A model generated the notes under the pieces. The model saw only the letters and a program-made list of their open reading frames with translations. It did not search any database and was not told where the DNA came from. The position numbers and the translations under genes are program-made. This document shows positions 33,729 to 42,579 of a DNA stretch of 64,000 nucleotides, piece by piece. The stretch is from an uncultured Methanosarcinales archaeon (GTDB lineage Archaea; Nanobdellota; Nanobdellia; Woesearchaeales; GW2011-AR4). The first letter of the stretch is position 1. Every line of letters starts with the position of its first letter. The DNA lies in assembly GCA_964585935.1 (NCBI GenBank), contig CAZPFO010000003.1, positions 2,544 through 66,543 of the forward strand, read 5' to 3'.

Positions 33729-34925
33729 CTAATCTCTTTCTTCCATCTCAACTCTAAGCTCTCTGATTTCAAGCGATGTCCTTGGCCTTATCTCGATATA
33801 ATTATTGCCTTCTTCAACCCAATTCCTTATGCTTCTGCTGTAGTCTTTTTCTTCCTGGTCTATGTTTGTAAGATGCCCATTGATATTAAGGTCAGCTCTC
33901 TTATTGTCATTGTCATCAACAAACTCTATCTTCACCCTTACATCCAGGTCATCGTCTAATATCTCATCCCACTTGCTTTCATTGATTTCAAAATAATAAA
34001 TCCTCTTTTTTGTTTCCTCAGCCTCAAACTCAAGCCTGATCTGCTCAATGCTGTAGCTTCCCCTGTTTGTCTGAAAAACTATGAAGTTTTCGCCGGCATT
34101 CAACACACCTAAAGGAACTGTCTGCTTGTAAGGGTCATCACAGACAGGAACAGCTGAAAATATATCCTGGTTATTAACAGAAACATCCAGGATTCCAACA
34201 TCACTCACTCCCGCACAATAAGGTATGAATTTCAAAGTAGCCTTCTCCAGGTTATTGTATTCTGTCCGCGTTAATGTAAAAACATTCTGGCTTTTCTGCC
34301 TCGTAACATCAGTAATATCTCCTATGATCCTGATATCATCCAGATTATACTCGTTCGTTGACCAAAACCTCCATCCAACAGAAGAAACACTGAACTCCAA
34401 TTCATTTTCCCTCTCTAACCTGCTTTTCTTCAGCCTTACAGGCTCAACAACTTCATCTTCAATATCTTTTTCATAAATTGTTTCCCCATTGAGCTTTATA
34501 GTTAAAACACCCTCATGCTTTTCAGCAGTAAAAGATAGCAAAACCTTATCAACAGTATCCAGATTATCAATAGAAAACCCTACAGTCTTATCATTTTTGT
34601 CAAAAACACCATTCCTGACACTAAAAGGATTTATCCTTTCTATCTCCTTGGCTTCTGTTGACTTGAACAGATAAACATTAGGAAGGTTTTTTTCATCAAC
34701 ACCCTCTACTTTGTCTAATCTTTTCGGGAACTCAAGAAGCAGCACATTCTCATCCTCTTCAGCTTCCCTTTCCTCAGTAGTTTTATTATAAAAAAACTTC
34801 TCCCTGTCAGCAGTTGGCAGATAAATCACATATAATATTATCAAACCTAGAACAATAGCTACAAGAACAGCAGCATTCATGCCGCTTTGCCCTTTCCTCA
34901 TAAAATCACCTTTTTCACTATACAT
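33729..34925 (-). CDS. surface protein with archaeal class III (type IV pilin-like) signal peptide
   Basis: MYSEKGDFMRKGQ/SGMNAAVLVAIVLGLIILYVIYL resembles a prepilin/archaellin signal (basic-G-Q followed by a hydrophobic helix). Start chosen at the ATG at 34925, about 26 nt from a TATA-like box. The ORF-track start at 34988 would overlap the pelota ATG. Confidence 0.55.
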   Translation of the reverse strand: MYSEKGDFMRKGQSGMNAAVLVAIVLGLIILYVIYLPTADREKFFYNKTTEEREAEEDENVLLLEFPKRLDKVEGVDEKNLPNVYLFKSTEAKEIERINPFSVRNGVFDKNDKTVGFSIDNLDTVDKVLLSFTAEKHEGVLTIKLNGETIYEKDIEDEVVEPVRLKKSRLERENELEFSVSSVGWRFWSTNEYNLDDIRIIGDITDVTRQKSQNVFTLTRTEYNNLEKATLKFIPYCAGVSDVGILDVSVNNQDIFSAVPVCDDPYKQTVPLGVLNAGENFIVFQTNRGSYSIEQIRLEFEAEETKKRIYYFEINESKWDEILDDDLDVRVKIEFVDDNDNKRADLNINGHLTNIDQEEKDYSRSIRNWVEEGNNYIEIRPRTSLEIRELRVEMEERD

Positions 34926-34956
34926 AATTTTATCTACCCTCCTGTAAATAAATAGA

Positions 34957-34968
34957 TTTATATATAAA
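34957..34968 (+). promoter_or_regulatory. TATA box for pelota (leaderless)
   Basis: TTTATATATAAA centred about 25 nt upstream of the ATG at 34987. Confidence 0.45.
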
Positions 34969-34986
34969 TGTTTTGATTTAAGACTC

Positions 34987-36051
34987 ATGAAACAAATCTA
35001 CTTTAACCTTAAAAAAGGCGAAATAAAGCTAAAAGCAGAAAACCTGGATGATTTATGGTACTTAAGCAATATAATAGAGCCAAAAGACATAATCAAAGGC
35101 AAAACAGTAAGAAAAATAAAACTAGGCGGAGAAGAACAAAGAAAACAAAAAATAACAAAAAAACCAGTCTTCTTAAAAATCCAGGCAGAAAAAATAGAAT
35201 TCAGCAAGACCTCTGACATCTTAAGAGTTTCAGGAATAATAACACAGGGCCCGGAAGATATAAAGCTCGGAGCTCACCACACTTTTAACATAGAAGAAAA
35301 CTCAATAATAACAATAATAAAAGAAAAATGGTTAATCTTCCAGCTGGACAAATTAAAAGAGGCATGTTCTGAAAAAATCTCCAAAATCCTGATCGTTGTC
35401 CATGACCGCGAAGAAGCTTATTTCGCCTTAATGAAAAAATATGGCTATGAAATCTTAACACACCTAAGAGGAACTGTCCAGAAAAAGGCAGATACAGAGA
35501 AAGTTAGGGGAAATTTCTATTCAGAAATCCTCGCCCAGGTTGATAATTACAATGAAAAATACGCCTTTTCTCAAATAATAATAGCAAGCCCCTCTTTCTG
35601 GAAAGAAGATTTGATGAAAGAGCTAAAAGACGAAGAATTAAAGAAAAAAATTATCTTAGCAACATGCTCATCAGTAGGAAGAAACGGCATAAATGAGATA
35701 CTAAAAAGGCCTGAAACAATACAGGCATTAAAACAGGAAAGAGTATCTAATGAGATTAGCTCAGTGGAAAAATTATTAGACGAGATATCCAAAAATAACC
35801 TTGCTGCATACGGCCTAAAAGAAACAGAAAACGCAGCCTTTGCAGGCGCGGTTAAAGAGCTGCTGATAACAGACACATTAATAATGAAAAGCAGAGACCA
35901 AAACAACTACGAAAAGATAGACACAATCCTGAAAACAGTGGAGCAGACAAAAGGGACTATCCTGATTATAAGCTCAGAGCACGAAGGCGGCAAAAAACTG
36001 GACGGTTTAGGGGGCATAGGCGCAGTTTTAAGATATAAAATGAACTATTAA
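34987..36051 (+). CDS. pelA: Pelota/Dom34 mRNA surveillance factor
   Basis: The N-terminus GEIKLKAENLDDLWYLSNIIEPKD and the eRF1-like central and C-terminal domains are typical of archaeal Pelota. Confidence 0.85.
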   Translation: MKQIYFNLKKGEIKLKAENLDDLWYLSNIIEPKDIIKGKTVRKIKLGGEEQRKQKITKKPVFLKIQAEKIEFSKTSDILRVSGIITQGPEDIKLGAHHTFNIEENSIITIIKEKWLIFQLDKLKEACSEKISKILIVVHDREEAYFALMKKYGYEILTHLRGTVQKKADTEKVRGNFYSEILAQVDNYNEKYAFSQIIIASPSFWKEDLMKELKDEELKKKIILATCSSVGRNGINEILKRPETIQALKQERVSNEISSVEKLLDEISKNNLAAYGLKETENAAFAGAVKELLITDTLIMKSRDQNNYEKIDTILKTVEQTKGTILIISSEHEGGKKLDGLGGIGAVLRYKMNY

Positions 36052-36129
36052 ACAAAAAAATTAATAAACACCTAAAATAAAAATCAATCAAATAAGAAAA
36101 AATTCAATAAAAAAATCAACCAATAAATG

Positions 36130-36265
36130 CACAAACCCTGCTTCCTTGGTTGTGAGCGCGCATCTGCAGCCGTTTTTTATTTAAAATTTAAAACAAATAA
36201 AATTAATAAAAAAACTCAGCTGACAAAAGCACAAATAATTGTAAACGTGTAACATAAACATTGAT
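36130..36265 (+). repeat. intergenic module copy 2
   Basis: See 26174..26312. Same strand, same position relative to the flanking plus-strand genes. Confidence 0.8.
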
Positions 36266-36312
36266 GGTAAACTTCATTGATAACAAAAAATGATAATTAA
36301 AAAAGAGGCTTT

Positions 36313-38049
36313 ATGAAATTCTCAAAACTGATAAAAAAACCAAAGTCATACTTTAGAACAACACCGCATCTTAAGAACTACGAAAAGGAATATAAAAAAT
36401 TTAATTTCAAGGACCATTACAATGAGATTGCCTGGTTTAAGAATAAGAAACTCAATGCAGCATACAATGCAATAACAAAACACACCCTGACAGAAAAGAA
36501 AAACAAAGTTGCCTTATACTGGGAAGGGGACAACAGTATAAAAAAAGAATTCTCTTTCCTTGAGATGGATCTTCTGTCAAACAAGTTTGCCAGCATTTTA
36601 AAAAAATACAAAATAAAGAAAGGAGACCGTGTATTTCTTTTTTTGCCGAGAGTTCCAGAACTCTACATAACTTTTTTGGGAATACTCAAGACAGGAGCCA
36701 TAGCAGGAACTTTATTCTCAGCATTCGGGCATGAAGCATTAGAAGACCGCTTGAAAGACAGTGGCGCAAAAATTGTCGTAACAAACAAAGAGCTCAAGAA
36801 ACGGATATACAAGGTGAAGAGAAACCTTCCTGACCTTAAGCACATCATTGTCATAGATGAGGAAATCAAAAAGAAGAATGAAATAGATTACCGGAAAGAA
36901 ATGCAAACCGCTTCAGCAGAATTCAATATAGCAAAAACAAGCCCGGAAGACTTTGCTTTTATGCTTTATACATCAGGAACAACAGGCAAGCCAAAAGGTG
37001 TTTTGCATGCGCACCTTGCATGCCTCCACGAACACCTCACTGCAAAATATGTTTTGGATATCCATGACGAGGATGTTTATTGGTGCACAGCAGATCCTGG
37101 TTGGGTGACCGGAATAGCCTACGAAATTCTAGGTTCTTGGTCTAACGGAGCATCTTCTTTGATATTTGGCGGCAGATTCAATCCGGAAAAATGGTATAGC
37201 CTGATAGAACAATATAAAGTAAATATTTGGTATACGGCCCCAACCGCAGTTAGGATGTTGATGAGGGCAGGAAAAAACATTACAAAAAAATTCAACCTAA
37301 AAAGCCTGAGGCATTTGTGTTCAGTAGGTGAACCATTAAATCCTGAAGCAATAAAATGGTCCCTGCAAGTATTTAACAGGCCTTTCCATGACAATTACTG
37401 GCAGACAGAAACAGGAGGCATAATCATCGCAAATTATCCTGTTCTTCCAATAAAACCCGGCTCGATGGGCAAGCCAGTTCCGGGAATAGAGCCGGCAATA
37501 ATAGATAACAACGGAAAAAAACTGCCGCCTAACACTGAAGGCAACCTGGCAATAAAGCCCGGCTGGCCTTCAATGATGAGGAAGATATGGAAAAACAAAA
37601 AAAAGTACAACTCATATTTCAATAAGGGATGGTACATAACAGGAGACAAGGCTTATATGGATAAAGACGGTTATTTCTGGTTTATTGGACGTTCAGATGA
37701 TGTAATAAAGACAGCAGGAGAGCGAGTTGGGCCATTTGAAGTAGAATCAGCCCTGATCGAGCACCGGGCTATTGCAGAGGCAGGAGTCATAGGCAAACCT
37801 GATGAGTTAAGGGGAGAGATAATTAAGGCATTCATAACCTTAAACAAAGGTTATAAGCCATCTGAAAGGCTAACCTTGGATATTCAAAAATTCGTGAAGA
37901 AAAGATTAGCAGGCCATGCTTACCCCAGAGAGATAGAAATAAGAGACACTCTGCCAAAAACCCGCTCTGGTAAAATAATGAGGCGCGTTCTAAAAGCGCA
38001 GGAACTGGGTCTTTCAGTAGGAGACACTTCTACTCTGGAAAAGTATTGA
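36313..38049 (+). CDS. acs: AMP-forming acetyl/acyl-CoA synthetase
   Basis: AMP-binding motif YTSGTTGKPKGV, YWQTETGG, GDKAYMDKDGYFWFIGRSDD, and the C-terminal SGKIMRR. Confidence 0.85.
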   Translation: MKFSKLIKKPKSYFRTTPHLKNYEKEYKKFNFKDHYNEIAWFKNKKLNAAYNAITKHTLTEKKNKVALYWEGDNSIKKEFSFLEMDLLSNKFASILKKYKIKKGDRVFLFLPRVPELYITFLGILKTGAIAGTLFSAFGHEALEDRLKDSGAKIVVTNKELKKRIYKVKRNLPDLKHIIVIDEEIKKKNEIDYRKEMQTASAEFNIAKTSPEDFAFMLYTSGTTGKPKGVLHAHLACLHEHLTAKYVLDIHDEDVYWCTADPGWVTGIAYEILGSWSNGASSLIFGGRFNPEKWYSLIEQYKVNIWYTAPTAVRMLMRAGKNITKKFNLKSLRHLCSVGEPLNPEAIKWSLQVFNRPFHDNYWQTETGGIIIANYPVLPIKPGSMGKPVPGIEPAIIDNNGKKLPPNTEGNLAIKPGWPSMMRKIWKNKKKYNSYFNKGWYITGDKAYMDKDGYFWFIGRSDDVIKTAGERVGPFEVESALIEHRAIAEAGVIGKPDELRGEIIKAFITLNKGYKPSERLTLDIQKFVKKRLAGHAYPREIEIRDTLPKTRSGKIMRRVLKAQELGLSVGDTSTLEKY

Positions 38050-38249
38050 GCTTTCTGCTTCTCCTGACAATATATTCTATATTAACAAAAGGTTTAAATA
38101 CTAGTTATGTTTAAATTGTTTTAACTTTAAAGTCATAATTATATGTTACTAAGCCCAAGTAAAACACTAGATTGTGGTAAAAAACAGTAACATATTAATA
38201 GTAGTACCATATCTTTTATCCCCTTTAAATAAAAAAGGGGGTGTGTAAC

Positions 38250-39071
38250 ATGATAGTAAAAGAAGAATTTTTGAGTAAGTTAAGGAGGTATTTTAGCCTG
38301 AATCTATACGAAGTGAAGATCTGGGCAGCGCTGCTTTCTAGGGGTGTATCAACAGCAGGAGAGCTTTCTGATATAGCTGATGTTCCAAGGAGCAGGAGCT
38401 ATGATGTTTTAGAAAGCTTAGAGAAGAAAGGATTTATAGTGATGAAATTAGGCAAGCCTATCAAGTATATAGCAGTTCCGCCAAAAGAAGTTCTGGAAAG
38501 AGTAAAGAAAAATGTACAGGAAGATGCGAAAGAGCAGTTAAAGAAATTAACAGACCTTACTGGAACAGATGTTATAAATGAATTAAATAATCTCCACTCG
38601 CAGGGTGTTGAATTAATAGAGCCAGCAGACCTTTCAGGATCATTACGGGGAAGGCACAATCTCTACAACCATCTAGAGATGGCGATAAAAAATGCAGAAG
38701 ACTCAGTAACTTTGATGACTACATCACAAGGCCTTATGAGGAAAGTAGAAGGCTTAAAGCCGGTCTTTGAAAAACTGAAGAAGCGCGGGGTTAAAATAAG
38801 GATCGCAGCCCCTATAACAAAAGAATGCATGGCGTCAGCAAAAGAAGTGATGAGTGTTGCAGAAGTAAGGAATACAAGCAGCAAGGCAAGATTCTGTATT
38901 GTAGATGGAAAAGAGCTGGTCTTTATGGTGCTTGATGACAAAGAAGTTCATCCAACTTATGATATTGGCATCTGGGTCAACACACCATTCTTTGCAAATG
39001 CTCTGGAGAGCTTATTTGATACTTCATGGAAGAACATGAAGCCAGCGCAGGAAACAATTAAAAAATTATAA
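38250..39071 (+). CDS. TrmB-family transcriptional regulator
   Basis: N-terminal wHTH LYEVKIWAALLSRGVSTAGELSDIADVPRSRSYDVLESLEKKGFI. ATG at 38250; the ORF-track start at 38241 is GTG. Confidence 0.75.
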   Translation: MIVKEEFLSKLRRYFSLNLYEVKIWAALLSRGVSTAGELSDIADVPRSRSYDVLESLEKKGFIVMKLGKPIKYIAVPPKEVLERVKKNVQEDAKEQLKKLTDLTGTDVINELNNLHSQGVELIEPADLSGSLRGRHNLYNHLEMAIKNAEDSVTLMTTSQGLMRKVEGLKPVFEKLKKRGVKIRIAAPITKECMASAKEVMSVAEVRNTSSKARFCIVDGKELVFMVLDDKEVHPTYDIGIWVNTPFFANALESLFDTSWKNMKPAQETIKKL

Positions 39072-39203
39072 TTTTATTTTTTTTCTCTTTTTCTTTATAT
39101 GTTCAAAAGCTATAGATAATTATTTTCTTGTCCTTATTTGTTATTAAACAAAAAGTATAAAAACAAGATATCAACACTCCCAATAAAGGTAAATATAATC
39201 AAA

Positions 39204-40022
39204 ATGGCAAACATAGAAAAACTAAAAAAAATTGCAAATGAATTAAGGAAAGAATCCTTGATCATCACTCACAGGGCCCAATCCGGCCATCCCGGAGGCT
39301 CATTATCTGAAGCAGATATTCTTAGCGCTTTATACTTCTATAAATTAAAAGTTGACCCTAAAAAACCACATTGGGAAGACAGAGACAGATTCGTATTAAG
39401 CAAAGGACATGCCTGCCCCGCATATTATGCTGCTTTGGCTAAAAAAGGATTTTTTGATAAGGAAGTGCTGGAAAGCTTTAGAAAAATCAACAGCATACTC
39501 CAGGGGCACCCCGAACTAAAGACCCCCGGCGTTGATTTTGCAGGGGGCTCTTTAGGCCAGGGAGTATGTTTTGCAAACGGCCTTGCGATAGCAGGAAAGC
39601 TTGACAATAAAAACTACAAAGTTTACGTTTTAATTGGAGACGGCGAGTCTCAGGAAGGCTCTGTATGGGAAGCTGCTATGGCCGCAGCACACCATAAACT
39701 AGACAACATAGTAGTTATCCTTGATAAAAACCAGGTACAGGAAACAGGAAAAACAACTGAAGTGATGAATATTGACCCTGCTCCGGATAAATGGAAAGCA
39801 TTCGGCTTTAACACAATTGAAATTAACGGCCATGATATGGAAGAAATTGTTAAGGCATTGGACGAAGCTGACAAAATTAAAGGAAAACCGACAATGATTG
39901 TGGCTAATACAATAAAAGGAAAAGGGGTTTCCTTTATGGAGCTCAACCATAAATTCCATGGCAAAGCCCCAAATGATGAAGAATTCAAAAAAGCAATGGA
40001 AGAGTTAAGTAAAAATGACTGA
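39204..40022 (+). CDS. transketolase, N-terminal (TPP-binding) subunit
   Basis: SGHPGGSLS, GDGESQEG and the VILDKNQ motif. ATG at 39204 (MANIEKL); the ORF-track start at 39138 is TTG. Confidence 0.85.
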   Translation: MANIEKLKKIANELRKESLIITHRAQSGHPGGSLSEADILSALYFYKLKVDPKKPHWEDRDRFVLSKGHACPAYYAALAKKGFFDKEVLESFRKINSILQGHPELKTPGVDFAGGSLGQGVCFANGLAIAGKLDNKNYKVYVLIGDGESQEGSVWEAAMAAAHHKLDNIVVILDKNQVQETGKTTEVMNIDPAPDKWKAFGFNTIEINGHDMEEIVKALDEADKIKGKPTMIVANTIKGKGVSFMELNHKFHGKAPNDEEFKKAMEELSKND

Positions 40023-40950
40023 TGCAAAAGCAACAAGAGAAGGCTATGGAGATGCACTTGCAGAGATTGCAAAAATAAACAAGAATGTTATTGCTTTAGA
40101 TGCAGACCTGAATGACAGCACTAGAAGCGATTACATTAAAAAAGCAGACCCAAAAAGATTCATAAGCATGGGCATTGCAGAGCAGGACATGATAGGCACC
40201 GCAGCAGGCCTTTCAGTTTCTGGAAAGATTCCTTTTGCAAGCACATTCGCAATTTTTGGGGAAAGGGCATTCGAGTTTGTAAGGAATATAATATCAAGGA
40301 ACAAGCTAAATGTGAAAATTGCAGGAAGTCATGCAGGAATTCACACAGGAGAAGACGGAAAAAGCGCACAAGCAATAGAAGATATCGCAATATACAGGGT
40401 CTTGCCAAATATGGTTGTTATACAACCAAGCGATTATATTGAGACAAAAAAAGCAGTGCACGCATTACTCAATTACAAAGGCCCTAGCTTTATGAGGCTC
40501 CTGAGAAACAAGCTGCCAATAATCCACGATGAAAATTATAAATTTGAACTAGGAAAAGGAGAAATATTAAAGAAAGGCAAAGACGCAGTTATTTTTGCAA
40601 CCGGAACAATGGTCCACGAGTCTTTAAAAGCATACGAAGACCTTAAAAAAGACGGAATAGACGTTTATATCATCAACATCCACACGATAAAACCCCTTGA
40701 TGAAAAATTAATAATTGAACTGGCAAAAAAAACAAACTGCGTTTTAACTGCCGAAGACCATAATATAATAGGCGGCTTGGGAAGCGCAGTTGCAGAAGTC
40801 TTATCTGAAAATTACCCGTGCTTAATGAAAAGGATTGGAGTAAAAGACCAATACGGCGAGTCAGGAAAGCCCGCCGAATTATATGAAAAATATGGTTTAT
40901 CCTCTTCTAGTATTGTTAAAGAAGTTAAAAAAGTTTTAAAGAGGAAATAA
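40015..40950 (+). CDS. transketolase, C-terminal (pyrimidine-binding) subunit
   Basis: GIAEQDMIGTAAGL and the C-terminal transketolase fold. Overlaps the N-terminal subunit gene by 8 nt, the split arrangement common in archaea. Confidence 0.85.
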   Translation: MTDAKATREGYGDALAEIAKINKNVIALDADLNDSTRSDYIKKADPKRFISMGIAEQDMIGTAAGLSVSGKIPFASTFAIFGERAFEFVRNIISRNKLNVKIAGSHAGIHTGEDGKSAQAIEDIAIYRVLPNMVVIQPSDYIETKKAVHALLNYKGPSFMRLLRNKLPIIHDENYKFELGKGEILKKGKDAVIFATGTMVHESLKAYEDLKKDGIDVYIINIHTIKPLDEKLIIELAKKTNCVLTAEDHNIIGGLGSAVAEVLSENYPCLMKRIGVKDQYGESGKPAELYEKYGLSSSSIVKEVKKVLKRK

Positions 40951-41047
40951 GAACAAATTGATTGCAATAAACCCTGATTCTTAACCATAAAAACAATAAA
41001 GATATAAAAACAGAATATTTTTAAACATCCTAACTACCATTACTAAA

Positions 41048-42577
41048 ATGGACCTCAAAAAACTTATACAGACCTTGCATCCATTGGAAAGAAAAGTCCT
41101 GCCTGTTTTAGATAAGCTTAATTCTGTAAAAGGGATAACCCTATCTACAAATTTGCAGGAAGTGGAAGTAATGAGAGCATTGCAGTGGCTGCAGAATAAG
41201 GATATAATCCATCTGAATGAGGAATTAAAAGAGATTGTAGATCTGGATGAAAACGGCAGGAAATACAAAAACAACGGGCTCCCCGAAAAAAAATTTCTTC
41301 AACAAATAAAAGGCATGATACCATTGAATACTATTCAGGAAAATCTTCATCTAAGTAAAGAGGAAGTGAGCATAAGCCTGGGCATTCTTAAATCAAAAGC
41401 AGCCATCGAAATAATAAAAGGTAAAGAATTAAAAATAAAAATCACTGGACAAGGAAAGAAACTTCTGGAAAAACCATCCCAAGAAGAGGAATTTTTACAA
41501 AAGAAATTCCCATTAAATATTAATGAACTTGCACCAGAAGAGAAATTCGCTTTAGACAACCTCAAAAAAAGAAAAAAAATACTGAAAGTTGATTTAGTCA
41601 AAGAAAGAACACCTTCACTGACAGAAACAGGAAAGAAAATAATAAAACAAGGCATAACAACAGGAGATGTCTTAGACAGGCTTACTTCTTCTATGCTGAA
41701 GAACAGCTCATGGAAAAACAAGAATTTCAGGCGATATGATGTTAAGATAAATGTTCCAGAAATCTCAGGCGGCAAAAGGCATTTTGTCTCTCAATCAGTA
41801 AATTACATCAAGAGGATCTGGCTGGATATGGGATTTAAGGAAATGACAGGCAGTCTTTCCCAAACTTCTTTCTGGGATTTGGATGCTTTGTTTGTTCCCC
41901 AGGACCACCCTGCCAGGGATATGCAGGATACTTTCTACATCAAAGACCCGAAATACGGGAAATTGCCTAAAAAACTGGCAGCCAAAGTAAAATCAACACA
42001 TGAAAACGGATGGACAACCGGAAGCAAAGGCTGGAGGTATGAATGGTTTGAAGAAGAAGCAAAAAAATTATTGATGATAACTCATGACACATACCTTAGT
42101 GCAAAAACTTTAGCTTCTATAAAAAAAGAAGACCTTCCTTGGAAATCTTTCCAGATCATGAAGGTTTTCAGGAACGAGGCCTTGTCATGGAAATCTTTAT
42201 TCGAATTTTATCAGATAGGGGGGATTGTTGTTGATCCTAATGCCAATTTTAAAAATCTCAAAGGATACTTAAAGGAATTTTTCAAAAAAATGGGATTCCC
42301 CAATGTAAGGATAAGGCCAGCTCATTTCCCTTACACAGAGCCATCTGCAGAAGTTGATGTATGGCACCCTCAGAAAAAGGAATGGGTTGAAGTGGCGGGT
42401 TCAGGAATATTCCGACCAGAAATGGTGAAGCCTTTACTGGGCTTTGAATGCCCTGTTTTAGCATGGGGGATTGGATTAGAAAGGACCATAATGGAGTATT
42501 ACAATCTATCAGACATCAGGGATGTCTATAAAAATGATCTAAAGCAGTTAAGGGAATCAAAAATCTGGATGAAATAA
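41048..42577 (+). CDS. pheS: phenylalanyl-tRNA synthetase alpha subunit
   Basis: Class II core: HPARDMQDTFY, FRNE and GIGLERT motifs. N-terminal wHTH repeats of the archaeal/eukaryal type. Confidence 0.9.
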   Translation: MDLKKLIQTLHPLERKVLPVLDKLNSVKGITLSTNLQEVEVMRALQWLQNKDIIHLNEELKEIVDLDENGRKYKNNGLPEKKFLQQIKGMIPLNTIQENLHLSKEEVSISLGILKSKAAIEIIKGKELKIKITGQGKKLLEKPSQEEEFLQKKFPLNINELAPEEKFALDNLKKRKKILKVDLVKERTPSLTETGKKIIKQGITTGDVLDRLTSSMLKNSSWKNKNFRRYDVKINVPEISGGKRHFVSQSVNYIKRIWLDMGFKEMTGSLSQTSFWDLDALFVPQDHPARDMQDTFYIKDPKYGKLPKKLAAKVKSTHENGWTTGSKGWRYEWFEEEAKKLLMITHDTYLSAKTLASIKKEDLPWKSFQIMKVFRNEALSWKSLFEFYQIGGIVVDPNANFKNLKGYLKEFFKKMGFPNVRIRPAHFPYTEPSAEVDVWHPQKKEWVEVAGSGIFRPEMVKPLLGFECPVLAWGIGLERTIMEYYNLSDIRDVYKNDLKQLRESKIWMK

Positions 42578-42579
42578 AA

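Noticed and set aside
38140-38240. Inverted repeats ATATGTTACT-N35-AGTAACATAT and CCCCTTT-N7-AAAGGGG upstream of the trmB-like gene.
   Set aside because: These are plausible acs terminator and trmB operator elements, but nothing distinguishes them from ordinary intergenic hairpins. They are not reported as features.
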